Positions 30,691 to 40,082 of a stretch of DNA of 64,000 nucleotides are shown one piece after another. Each line of letters begins with the position of its first letter. Positions within the stretch are counted from its first letter, which is position 1. The position numbers and the translations under genes are program-made. Origin of the DNA: a candidate division WWE3 bacterium. GTDB lineage: Bacteria > Patescibacteriota > WWE3 > UBA101185 > UBA10185. The notes under the pieces were generated by a model, which made no database searches, was not told where the DNA came from, and saw only the letters and a program-made list of their open reading frames with translations. The stretch covers positions 41,569-105,568 of the forward strand of contig JBPOHV010000001.1 in NCBI GenBank assembly GCA_052035175.1, read 5' to 3'.

Positions 30691-32496
30691 TTATTTCTTG
30701 AGCACTTCTCGGAAAGCTTCTTGAGGAATTACTATTTTGCCAATTGATTTCATGCGTTCCTTACCCTTTTTTTGTTTTTCGAGCAACTTATCTTTACGTT
30801 CTCTGTGGCCGCCAGACATTTTTGCTAAAACATTTTTACGAAAAGCTGGTATATCTTCACGCGCTAGTATCTTACCTCCAACTGCGGCTTGAATAGCTAC
30901 TTTGAATTGTTGTCTGGGTATTACATCTTTTAGTTTGCGGACAACTTTCTTGCCGTATTCGGCTGCTTTTGATTTGAGTACTATTTGTGACAAAGGTGCA
31001 ACTAGTTCACCATGTACCATAATATCCATTTTGATGGCATCGACTTCTTTGTAATTACAAAACTCATAATCAAGGCTTGCGAAACCAGAAGATATATTTT
31101 TTAGTTCGTCAAAGAAGTTAAATACCAATTCGATAAGAGGTAACTCATAATCAAAAATAACCCGATCTTCGCTTGGGTAATCCATTTTTAATAAAATGCC
31201 TCTTCTGTCCTCGCACAATGTGATTATCGATCCGGTGTACTCGGCTGGTGTAACTATTGTTGCTTTTATCCAAGGTTCTTTGATTTGTTCTATCTGAGTT
31301 ACTTCGGGAAAGTCTGTAGAGCTTTTTACATATACCATCTCGCCATCAGTTTTTAATATTTCATATTCGACCGTTGGTGTTGTAGAAATCAATTCAAGGT
31401 TATATTCGCGCTCGAGCCGTTCTTGGACGATATCTGCATGCAGTAGACCTAGAAAACCGCATCTGAATCCAAATCCCAACGCATTGCTGCTTTCTGGTTC
31501 AAATCTTAATGAAGAATCAGATAAAGAAAGTTTTTGTAAAGCTTCGCGTAATTCTGGAAATTTTGCGTTATCTAGAGGATATATAGATACAAAGACAAAA
31601 GGTTTTACTTCCTTGTATCCTGGTAATGGTTGTGTTTGTGTAACATCAGAAGCAAGTATCAAAGTATCGCCGACTTTTACTTTATGAATATCTTTCATAC
31701 CTGTTGCTATGTAACCGACCTCTCCTGTATAAAGCGCTTCGATTGGCAGTCTGCCTGGTTTAAATATGCCGATTTGTTCTGGTGTAGATTCTGCGTGAGT
31801 AGCCATAAATCGTATTTTTTTACGAGCTTTAACTACTGATTCGTCTATTTTGCCGTCTACTATACGCAATGCCGCCACAACTCCAAGAAATTCATCGTAA
31901 AAAGTATCGAATATCAAAGCACGAAGAGGGGACTCTGGTGTACCTTTTGGTTCTGGAATTTCTTTTACCACTCTATCGAGAAGTTCTTTTACTCCTAGTC
32001 CTGTTTTTGCTGATACACACATAATTTCTTCTTTTTTAAACCCGAAGTTTTTGACCATTGCTTGTGTAACTTTTTCTACTTCGGCATTTTGCATATCAAT
32101 TTTGTTTAATACCGGAATAATGTGCAGATTTGCATCTAGCGCTTTATATATGTTGGATATTGTTTGAGCTTGGATTCCTTGTGTTGCGTCTACTACCAAA
32201 ATAGCTCCTTCGCATGCCGCTAGTGATCGCGAAACTTCGTATGCAAAGTCGACGTGTCCTGGTGTATCTATAAGATTAAGTTGGTAAGTTTCTCCTTCGT
32301 AGTCGTAGTGCATACGCACAGGTTTTAGTTTTATAGTTATGCCTTTTTCTTTTTCTAACTCCATAGAGTCTAGAGTTTGTTCTATTAAATGCCTTTTATC
32401 TACGGTACCAGTCATCTCCAAGAACCTATCGGCCAAAGTTGACTTCCCGTGGTCTATGTGTGCAATTATGCAAAAGTTACGTATTTTTTGTTGCAT
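30691..32496 (-). CDS. lepA: Elongation factor 4
   Basis: IAHIDHGKSTLAD, DTPGHVDF, GFRCGFLGLLH, KLLEKQKKGK. Confidence 0.98.
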   Translation of the reverse strand: MQQKIRNFCIIAHIDHGKSTLADRFLEMTGTVDKRHLIEQTLDSMELEKEKGITIKLKPVRMHYDYEGETYQLNLIDTPGHVDFAYEVSRSLAACEGAILVVDATQGIQAQTISNIYKALDANLHIIPVLNKIDMQNAEVEKVTQAMVKNFGFKKEEIMCVSAKTGLGVKELLDRVVKEIPEPKGTPESPLRALIFDTFYDEFLGVVAALRIVDGKIDESVVKARKKIRFMATHAESTPEQIGIFKPGRLPIEALYTGEVGYIATGMKDIHKVKVGDTLILASDVTQTQPLPGYKEVKPFVFVSIYPLDNAKFPELREALQKLSLSDSSLRFEPESSNALGFGFRCGFLGLLHADIVQERLEREYNLELISTTPTVEYEILKTDGEMVYVKSSTDFPEVTQIEQIKEPWIKATIVTPAEYTGSIITLCEDRRGILLKMDYPSEDRVIFDYELPLIELVFNFFDELKNISSGFASLDYEFCNYKEVDAIKMDIMVHGELVAPLSQIVLKSKAAEYGKKVVRKLKDVIPRQQFKVAIQAAVGGKILAREDIPAFRKNVLAKMSGGHRERKDKLLEKQKKGKERMKSIGKIVIPQEAFREVLKK

Positions 32497-32543
32497 GCGG
32501 GGATTTTACCATTAGTAAGCGATTCTAGCAGGGTTTGTATAGT

Positions 32544-34217
32544 TTACTTAAGGTTTTGAGATAAAGTTTGATCAAAGCTTTGGTATGTCTTTTTGATTTT
32601 TAGTCTTCTTAATATGCTATAAAACATTTCTATTTCTGTGACTTTGAATAGTTTTGTGAATATAAGATAAGTTGTCATGCCCGCCAAAGTTACTATTCCG
32701 CTAAGAACGAGTAAGTTTATGGTTTTGGTAGTATCAAATACCAATTGGTCTAGCAATTTCATTGGGATATAAATGCTTGCGCCCATAAGAAGTCCAGCCA
32801 TGCTGATTTTTGTCATTGGAATGATTATTTTTTCTATATCAAAACCAAGTACCTTTTTGTTAAGTGCATAAAACATAAGAAGCATGTCCATTATTGCTGT
32901 GATTGAAAAAGATAAAGCTATGCACCAAACCCCCAAATCTAAGATTCTTATAAAGTATAGAGAAAGCAGTATGTTTACAAAGATAGTGAATAAGCTAATC
33001 TTTACAGGTGTTTGTGTATCTTTGAGTGCATAAAATGCTCGTGTAATTATGTACACCGCGCTTTGTGCAAATATAGATACGCTAAAAAAGGCTAGCGTGT
33101 ATGCCGTGCTCACAGTAGCATCCCAGGGGAATCTATCTGCGCCGTATACTATTCTTACTACAGGAATTCTAAGTACCAACAAGATTATGCTTACTGGTAC
33201 TATCAAAAACATCATTTGATGAAAAGAAGTCAAAAACGTTTCCTTAAATCTTTTGTAGTTATCTTCTTCGCCTTCAGCAGAGAGCGTCGGTAAAGCTGCC
33301 GTTGCTATAGCGACACCAAAAATTTGTACAGGAAAGAATTGTAACTGTGTTGCGTATTTAAAGTGTGCAGCGGCAGAGGGTGATATTAGCAGAGCAAATG
33401 AGTTATTAACTGTGTATATTAGGTTTGTAATAAATACGCTCCCAATTCTGGGCAATAACATACTCAGTAATTCCCTGATTTCACCTGCTTTTATTTTTAT
33501 TGCCGGAATATATTTAAAATCTACTTTGAGTGCAAAAGGTATTTGGAGTAACAAATGAAGTACAGCACCAATGATTACGCTATATGCCATGGCGTAAATA
33601 CCAAATGATTTGACCAATATTAAGGTGCCAAATATATAGCCTAGGTTAAATACTATTGGTGCTATGGCGGTAGCAAGAAAATGTCTAAATGATTGAAGTA
33701 TGCTTGTTATAAAAGTGCTTGCGACAAGTATTATTTGCCCAACTAACATTATTCTTAACAAATCGGCACCTAATGCAATCTCAGTAGGGCCAAATGTGCC
33801 CAAGGCTAACAGCCCAATTATCTGCTTGGCAAAAATGAAAACTGGGATGCTTATAACGCTAAAGACTAGAAGCGTAGTATTTATAATTGCAGATGCGGCC
33901 TTGAACGCCTCTTCTTTGTTCTTGTTATATAAATTATTGAAAATAGGGATAAATATAGTCGAAAGTGACCCCCATACTAGTACTTGAAATATTAAGCTTG
34001 GTATTTTATCTGCAGTAAAAAAAACGGCAACTTCTGTAGAATCACCGAAATATGTTGCCGTAACCCTACCTTTTATAAAGCCAAGAAAGGCGTTTATACC
34101 GCCAGCAAGCGACAGAATTACCGCAGCAGATATTATCGTATTTTGGGTTCTTAACAAGAAATTACCCAGTGATCCTGTTTTTGCATTGTTTGCTATTTTT
34201 CTTAATATGTCGACCAT
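32544..34217 (-). CDS. murJ: Lipid II flippase MurJ
   Basis: Multi-TM MviN pattern: FIPIF, AP..FN, G.AIATA.LP.LS, RAFYALKDT.TP. Confidence 0.9.
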   Translation of the reverse strand: MVDILRKIANNAKTGSLGNFLLRTQNTIISAAVILSLAGGINAFLGFIKGRVTATYFGDSTEVAVFFTADKIPSLIFQVLVWGSLSTIFIPIFNNLYNKNKEEAFKAASAIINTTLLVFSVISIPVFIFAKQIIGLLALGTFGPTEIALGADLLRIMLVGQIILVASTFITSILQSFRHFLATAIAPIVFNLGYIFGTLILVKSFGIYAMAYSVIIGAVLHLLLQIPFALKVDFKYIPAIKIKAGEIRELLSMLLPRIGSVFITNLIYTVNNSFALLISPSAAAHFKYATQLQFFPVQIFGVAIATAALPTLSAEGEEDNYKRFKETFLTSFHQMMFLIVPVSIILLVLRIPVVRIVYGADRFPWDATVSTAYTLAFFSVSIFAQSAVYIITRAFYALKDTQTPVKISLFTIFVNILLSLYFIRILDLGVWCIALSFSITAIMDMLLMFYALNKKVLGFDIEKIIIPMTKISMAGLLMGASIYIPMKLLDQLVFDTTKTINLLVLSGIVTLAGMTTYLIFTKLFKVTEIEMFYSILRRLKIKKTYQSFDQTLSQNLK

Positions 34218-34259
34218 ACTTCACGTCCTGTTTAGTATATGGTATTATACCGCCTGTCT

Positions 34260-34595
34260 ATGCCAAATAAACTATCAACTAAAAAAGCAGTTAGGTCAAG
34301 TGCTAAAAAGCGCCAACACAACCTTTTCTGGAAAGAGCGCATAAAGTTTGCAAAAAAAGAATTAACAACTTTGTTAAGCGAGAAAGGTGTTTCTCTTGAT
34401 ATACTAAATCCAAAGGTTAATTTATTGCAAAAATTGCTCGACAAAGCATCAAAAGAGCAAGTTATTCATAAGAATAAAGCTAATAGATTAAAATCTAGAT
34501 ATGCTAAAAAAGTTTCTGCTCTGGTTAGCGGATCTACAAACTCTGCTGAGCCAACAAAAGAAAAATCTAAGTCAACAAGAAAATCAGCGAAGTGA
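34260..34595 (+). CDS. rpsT: 30S ribosomal protein S20
   Basis: MPNKLS.KKA.R, DKA....IHKNKANR.KSR. Confidence 0.93.
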   Translation: MPNKLSTKKAVRSSAKKRQHNLFWKERIKFAKKELTTLLSEKGVSLDILNPKVNLLQKLLDKASKEQVIHKNKANRLKSRYAKKVSALVSGSTNSAEPTKEKSKSTRKSAK

Positions 34596-35127
34596 TGTCT
34601 ACGATATCAACTTGTTGCATGAATCTAGTCTCACCACTTTTAACCGCACAAAGCTAAATAATCGCATAAAATTTGCTAAAGCAATTTTGTATATTACCGC
34701 TTTCTTGTTTATTTTAGTAATCGGAGTAAATTTTTACTTTGATCAGGTTATAACATCTCTCAAAGCTGAACAGACTGCTTTGGTCCAAAATTATGACTCC
34801 AAAGCCGAAACAAAAGCCGATTTATTTCTATTACAATCTCAAATAACTTTATATAAAAACACTTTACCCTTGTTAGATGCAACGAGTATGAGTGATTACG
34901 TGTCGTTAGCTTATAGATCTTTTGTCCATAATATTAGTTTGCATACTATGATCATAGATAGATCGCACATGACTATTTATGGCGAATCCGCTAGTGTTTT
35001 GTCTTTTACACGACTTATACACGAGTACGCTTCGTCTGACAAAGTTAGCTATTTGGTTTTAAAAAGCGCATATTTTAATCCTGACACCCAAGCTTATATA
35101 GTAGATTTGGAGGTATTTTTCAAATGA
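34501..35127 (+). CDS. PilN-like type IV pilus assembly protein (start uncertain)
   Basis: DINLL motif, TM, coiled coil, ferredoxin-like C-terminus; followed by PilO-like gene. Confidence 0.55.
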   Translation: MLKKFLLWLADLQTLLSQQKKNLSQQENQRSDVYDINLLHESSLTTFNRTKLNNRIKFAKAILYITAFLFILVIGVNFYFDQVITSLKAEQTALVQNYDSKAETKADLFLLQSQITLYKNTLPLLDATSMSDYVSLAYRSFVHNISLHTMIIDRSHMTIYGESASVLSFTRLIHEYASSDKVSYLVLKSAYFNPDTQAYIVDLEVFFK

Positions 35128-35675
35128 ATTTATCAAAGACATATGTAAATGCAAAAAGAAGCTTACTGTGGTTGCAACTACAGACGCAGTATTATTTTAT
35201 TGCTGCTGGTTGTGCCTTTGTAGTTTTTTTCATATTAGGTGTTATTCCTATGGTGAAGCAGGCTCGTGCAAAATATGAGCTTATACAAGATATGAAAGCC
35301 GTAAACGAAAATCTTTCGCAAAATGTTGCGCAGTTAGATGTTGCTGCTAGCAGGTTGCAAATATATGGTCCATTCATAGACGAATTTCGTTTGAGTCTTC
35401 CAAATACATATAGTATTCAAGATTATCTTACGAATCTTGACGCAGCCGCAGCTTCGGCAAATTTTGTTATTAGAAATTTCAGATTTTCAGTAGCTGCCGA
35501 TGATTATAGCGAGTATGACGTTACATTTGCTGGTGATGGCAGCGTTCAAGACTTGGTGCGTGCTATTGAACAAATGCGCAGTACAGTTACCATAGTTTCT
35601 GTAAGTTCTAGTCTTTCTCCTTTTAGCGATAATAAATATAATGTTAGTATAAATTTGCACATGTATACGTTATGA
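35124..35675 (+). CDS. PilO-like type IV pilus assembly protein
   Basis: TM, coiled coil, LP...I..YL..L...A, IE..R..TI. Confidence 0.6.
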   Translation: MNLSKTYVNAKRSLLWLQLQTQYYFIAAGCAFVVFFILGVIPMVKQARAKYELIQDMKAVNENLSQNVAQLDVAASRLQIYGPFIDEFRLSLPNTYSIQDYLTNLDAAAASANFVIRNFRFSVAADDYSEYDVTFAGDGSVQDLVRAIEQMRSTVTIVSVSSSLSPFSDNKYNVSINLHMYTL

Positions 35676-35869
35676 AAGTCTTTGGGTTAAGAGATACGGC
35701 TATATTAGTGTTGGTATATTTTCTGATGACTGTGTTGTGGATGGCAGTGATTGTAAAGTCACCAGCAAATGAAAATGCTTTGCCAAAAGATGTAGTTGAA
35801 AAATCTTCTTTATTCGATGATAATATTGATATAGAATTTCTTAAACAGTTTGAATCACCAATTAGGTGA
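35672..35869 (+). CDS. Small membrane protein
   Basis: ATGA-coupled to the PilO-like gene; one TM. Confidence 0.55.
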   Translation: MKVFGLRDTAILVLVYFLMTVLWMAVIVKSPANENALPKDVVEKSSLFDDNIDIEFLKQFESPIR

Positions 35870-35885
35870 CGAACTGTCCTGCCAT

Positions 35886-36380
35886 ATGAATAGCACACAA
35901 GCACAAAAAGGTTTTAAAACATTTATAATCACACTTCTAGTATCATTCGTGGTTTTTAGCGCAGTATATTATCTGGCCAATCAAATAAGCTCTCGAGATT
36001 ATGCTAATGATTTAGCAAATGATCTGTCTATGCAAGTTGCTTCACAAGATGCACCTAGCGCAACTGTATCTGATGGCGCTGTATTGGGTACCGAGACTGT
36101 ATCAGAACCACAACAACCCACAGTTCCTGTTCAAGATGATCAACCTAGTGTATTTAAAGAGTTGGCAAATCAAAAACCAAATGTACAACCAAAATTTGTT
36201 TTAGCTGGTTCTACATCAGAAAGTACAACTCCTCCAGTTCCAGAGACTGGAAGTACGGGTATCACACTGGGTCTTGCATTTTCTACCGTAGTTTTTGCTG
36301 CTGGCGTATATTGGATATCAAAAGATCCAAGAAAGAATGCACTCAAAGCATTCGAAGACAATGTAACAAAGAATTTGTAG
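35886..36380 (+). CDS. Surface protein with VPETG sorting-like signal
   Basis: N-terminal KG|F plus TM; low-complexity stalk; VPETG + TM + basic tail. Confidence 0.6.
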   Translation: MNSTQAQKGFKTFIITLLVSFVVFSAVYYLANQISSRDYANDLANDLSMQVASQDAPSATVSDGAVLGTETVSEPQQPTVPVQDDQPSVFKELANQKPNVQPKFVLAGSTSESTTPPVPETGSTGITLGLAFSTVVFAAGVYWISKDPRKNALKAFEDNVTKNL

Positions 36381-36385
36381 TATTT

Positions 36386-36814
36386 ATGGCAATATTTGGT
36401 TTAGAAAATCTTTTTGGTGCTAAGGCAGACTCCGGTTCTAATTTTTATGGCGATCCAAATCTTACAGCCGATGCCAAAGGTAATATAATTTCTTCATCTG
36501 GCGCACACGCAGAATCAGCCCCACTTCCATATGCAGATGTGACACGTGCAAGTGAAGTGCATCATGTTTATCAGCATGGCGCTACAGGCACGGGTTATCA
36601 AAACGAAACTATGCCAATAGATAAAGTGGCTCTACTTTATGATTTAAGAACGCAACATCCAGAAGTAATCGCTATAAGAGATGACCTTGCGCATCATGGT
36701 CACAAGGGTGATAGAGCTACTACCGAGGTTGAAATGAATGGCACTCACTACACTGTGATATTCGAGCATTCTGGTAGCAGAGGTACCATCGACACGCATA
36801 TATGGGAGCAGTAA
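36386..36814 (+). CDS. Hypothetical His-rich protein
   Basis: ATG 36386 right after the upstream stop. Confidence 0.5.
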   Translation: MAIFGLENLFGAKADSGSNFYGDPNLTADAKGNIISSSGAHAESAPLPYADVTRASEVHHVYQHGATGTGYQNETMPIDKVALLYDLRTQHPEVIAIRDDLAHHGHKGDRATTEVEMNGTHYTVIFEHSGSRGTIDTHIWEQ

Positions 36815-36819
36815 TATTT

Positions 36820-37644
36820 CTATTCGTCTAATTCAGCTGTTACCAGCAATCTATTAGTTTTCAATCCTCCGGGCCAGCACGTTAATAATGTAAGCGTAGG
36901 TTTGTTTAGGTATAAAGGATTAACCGTATCGATAGGATTTATTTCATTTGGTTTTTTTATCTCTGTTTTTTGAACAATGTATTTTATTTCTTTGTTGTTG
37001 TAATTTACATTTATTTCATCTCCAGTAACTAATCTATCTAGTGTTGCAAAAATGGTTTTGTAGTTCTTTGGATTATAAAAGAAAGCTAAAACCGAATGTC
37101 CATAAATGAGTGTGTTACCATTTTCGCCGGGTAAAGCAGTATTTGGGTAATGCCCCAAAAAGTTTTCTGGGCTTAGTTCTTGTGAATTTGTTTCAACTAG
37201 CGCATTTTCTATATTGAGCTTTGGTATCGAAATATAAAAGTATTTTGGTATATTTGTATCTTTTGCAGCTAGCACCGCTGGATTTGTAACAATGTTATTT
37301 ATCGGTGCTGACAAATTATTTTGTGCCAGATCAACTTCCAATTCTTTGGGTTGTTGCTTGGAAATTTGTTTTCTAAGTTCTGTAAATTCAAATTTTTCAA
37401 AACCCACTGCCCATGCAAATAACGTATTTTGTTGTTTAAATTTGTTCTCCAAATGTTGTAACGGCGTAGTAAAAAAAACCAATGGCATGATCACTTGTAC
37501 GACCAAGACTGCGAGTCCAACTATAAATAAAAACCTGTGCAAATTTGTACGCGCAAAGAAACTTTTGTTTTTTTGTGTATAAAATGGGATTCGCGAATAA
37601 TCTTTGAAATATATCTTTTTTTCAAATTTATTAAATATGGGCAT
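36820..37644 (-). CDS. Sortase
   Basis: ISIPKL, GHYPNTALPG, YGHS, TLLTCWP...R (His/Cys/Arg triad). Confidence 0.9.
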   Translation of the reverse strand: MPIFNKFEKKIYFKDYSRIPFYTQKNKSFFARTNLHRFLFIVGLAVLVVQVIMPLVFFTTPLQHLENKFKQQNTLFAWAVGFEKFEFTELRKQISKQQPKELEVDLAQNNLSAPINNIVTNPAVLAAKDTNIPKYFYISIPKLNIENALVETNSQELSPENFLGHYPNTALPGENGNTLIYGHSVLAFFYNPKNYKTIFATLDRLVTGDEINVNYNNKEIKYIVQKTEIKKPNEINPIDTVNPLYLNKPTLTLLTCWPGGLKTNRLLVTAELDE

Positions 37645-38351
37645 TATTCAGAGTTTATCACTTTTTCCATGGCTAAAGGTAATAATAAATCCAAAGGCAT
37701 CACGCCAGTTTTTGCATTTTTATCTAGATCATAAAAATAGGTATAAATTTCTTTGATACTTTGTTCAGAAAACTTTGTCGCAAACTTTTCATACTTTGAT
37801 TTTGTAAAAGGTGATAAAGTTTTGCCTTTATCAGAGCCGCATACTAAATAACCAACAGTACGCAATCCGTATAGCAAAAGCGAAAAGAAATATATTGGAT
37901 CGTTATCTTCTAAAGTCATAGCTTTTTGCAATTCTTTATATGCTTTTGTGCGATCTTTTGCAAAAACAGCATCAACATATGCAAAGACATTACCTTCGAT
38001 TGGCTTAGTATTTTCAACAATTTTTGCTTTGAGGCTTGCTGCAGCTTTTATAAAAGCATTTGATTTTGTTAGAGATTTGTTTGCTAGTAATATTACTGTG
38101 GCTGTTTCTGGTGCATCTTTGATTATTTGAATATGGTCGGTGTAGTCGCCAGTTTTTGATGCTGATATATCTATAACTACAAAAGGCGTTTCCCCAAAAA
38201 TACCAAACGCGCTCACTTGCGAGTTAAGTTCATCTGGTGTGAGTTCTTCGAGTTTTTTTTCAAAAACAATTACATTAGTAATTTTCTTTTGCTGGTTTTT
38301 AACTATTTTTCTATTAGCTGTATAGTCGGTACCGTGTACAATATAAATCAT
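37644..38351 (-). CDS. holA: DNA polymerase III delta subunit (short)
   Basis: MIYIVHGTD, F...DA, D...KTG. Confidence 0.7.
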   Translation of the reverse strand: MIYIVHGTDYTANRKIVKNQQKKITNVIVFEKKLEELTPDELNSQVSAFGIFGETPFVVIDISASKTGDYTDHIQIIKDAPETATVILLANKSLTKSNAFIKAAASLKAKIVENTKPIEGNVFAYVDAVFAKDRTKAYKELQKAMTLEDNDPIYFFSLLLYGLRTVGYLVCGSDKGKTLSPFTKSKYEKFATKFSEQSIKEIYTYFYDLDKNAKTGVMPLDLLLPLAMEKVINSE

Positions 38352-39385
38352 TTTGTACTAAAAAGGTATTTTTGTACGTATGCACGTATTTGTGTGTAGT
38401 CTCCTGCTTTGGGTATAAGCACATACGCACCTCCGTATAGAGATGTGTCTTGTGGTGCATATAGTAATCCGCCTTCTTCTTCTGTACTTCTATCGTCTAA
38501 AACTACAGAAGTGATGTTTTTGAAGTCGAAGTCTTTGGCTAATAAAAGAAATGCCTGAACCGCAGAGATATCGACATCTGTCTCAACATTTTTTGCATAC
38601 GAGTTATATAATTCTATGATTTTACTAGGGTTGGCAAGAATACCTGTAGATAACGCTTTATCTTTTATTGCTAAGATGACTTTGTGTTGACGTTTTGCCC
38701 GAGCAAAATCTGTGCCTTCATTGTTGTTGCCTTTTCTTGATCGTGCAAATTTTAATGCAGTTTTGCCGTCCATGTTTTGTATACCTGCTTCAAAGTGAAG
38801 TGTTTCATACCGTTCATTGATGGGGGCGTTTTCTTTTCCTTCTATCGGATATTCATAATCAGTGAAAGCCGTTTCTACGTTTATGTCTACACCATCTAGT
38901 ATGTCTATAACTTGTTCAAACATATCAAATGTGACGACAGAGTAGTAATGAATAGGTACACCCATAGATGTTTCAATTATCTTTCTAAGTTCTTCTGGAC
39001 CTTTAGAAGTATAAACTGCATTTATTTTGGAAAATCCTCCTGAGGGTTGTTCTACCCATAAATCACGCGGTACAGATATAAGCACAGCATTTTTATCTAC
39101 TTTGCTGACTGATGCTATTAATATTGTGTCAGTTAATACTGATGTAACTGTACCGTTATGGCGTTTATCGAGCCCTAGTATCAAAATGTTTGTACGTCCA
39201 TCTGTGTCTTTCAAGTTTGGTGATACGACATTGGCAACTACACTGATTGGATTAAAAATACCATTTAACTTACCAGAAAGTGCGAGCCCCACAATAATCA
39301 TTGTTAGCAACAGCCCAACTGCGGCAGTAATCCTGCCTCTGCTTTTTTGTGGTTTTTCTTTTTGTTTTATATCTATGTATGTCAT
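38348..39385 (-). CDS. LytR-CpsA-Psr (LCP) family protein
   Basis: NILILGLD, TDTI, SVPRD, KINA, AL.FARSR, DFARAKRQ. Confidence 0.92.
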   Translation of the reverse strand: MTYIDIKQKEKPQKSRGRITAAVGLLLTMIIVGLALSGKLNGIFNPISVVANVVSPNLKDTDGRTNILILGLDKRHNGTVTSVLTDTILIASVSKVDKNAVLISVPRDLWVEQPSGGFSKINAVYTSKGPEELRKIIETSMGVPIHYYSVVTFDMFEQVIDILDGVDINVETAFTDYEYPIEGKENAPINERYETLHFEAGIQNMDGKTALKFARSRKGNNNEGTDFARAKRQHKVILAIKDKALSTGILANPSKIIELYNSYAKNVETDVDISAVQAFLLLAKDFDFKNITSVVLDDRSTEEEGGLLYAPQDTSLYGGAYVLIPKAGDYTQIRAYVQKYLFSTK

Positions 39386-39396
39386 TAAATTATCTT

Positions 39397-40038
39397 TTAT
39401 TTATCAAATGCTTTAGCTATGTCCAAAAAGTGTTCGGGATCCAAGCTAGCATGTCCTACAAGTACTCCTGAGATATCTTGTATATTAGCGAGATTTTCCA
39501 CATTTTGTCTATTTACAGACCCGCCATATATAATTTTTTTACTAAACTGCAATTTGGTTGTGATCTCTTTTATATTTGAAGAAATTTGATCAATATTTGT
39601 ATTTTTGTATACACCATTTTGACTTATATTATTGTGATCTTCCCAAGCTAATAACGCGTCTTGATGGTCAAAAGTTTGTGCTTGTTCCAATGTTTCAAAA
39701 CATATTATTGGCGTTATCTTATTTTTCAAACATAAATCTCTTTTTATCAAAGTTTCTTCGTTTTTAGGTTTTGTTTCGCTGTGTCCAATTATGCAGTATT
39801 TACAAAAAGCTTTTATACTCTCAATAGAAGTTGCCCCTGTGTGCGCACCTGTTTCAAATATAGAAATATCTTGAGATGCTGTGGCTAATGTTTCACTTGT
39901 TAATTCCAAAAACGCTACTTGTGGCGCTACTATAAGCTTTGTTTTTTGAGAACTATATTGAGAAACTATTTTTAGCCAGTTGGTTATTTCCTCTGTTGTA
40001 TTTTTGCTCAATTTAAAATTGGCTATTATGTACTTCAT
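39397..40038 (-). CDS. tpiA: Triosephosphate isomerase (divergent, short)
   Basis: IANFK, GAHTG, IGHSE, AWE, YGGSV, GVLVG.ASL. Confidence 0.85.
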   Translation of the reverse strand: MKYIIANFKLSKNTTEEITNWLKIVSQYSSQKTKLIVAPQVAFLELTSETLATASQDISIFETGAHTGATSIESIKAFCKYCIIGHSETKPKNEETLIKRDLCLKNKITPIICFETLEQAQTFDHQDALLAWEDHNNISQNGVYKNTNIDQISSNIKEITTKLQFSKKIIYGGSVNRQNVENLANIQDISGVLVGHASLDPEHFLDIAKAFDK

Positions 40039-40082
40039 AAACTCTTTTTATGTACTTCATAAACTCTCTTTATGTATTTCAT
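40026..40082. repeat. 22-bp tandem repeat (~2.6 copies) spanning the tpiA start
   Basis: TTATGTACTTCATAAACTCT at 40026 and 40048; partial copy at 40070. Confidence 0.9.
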
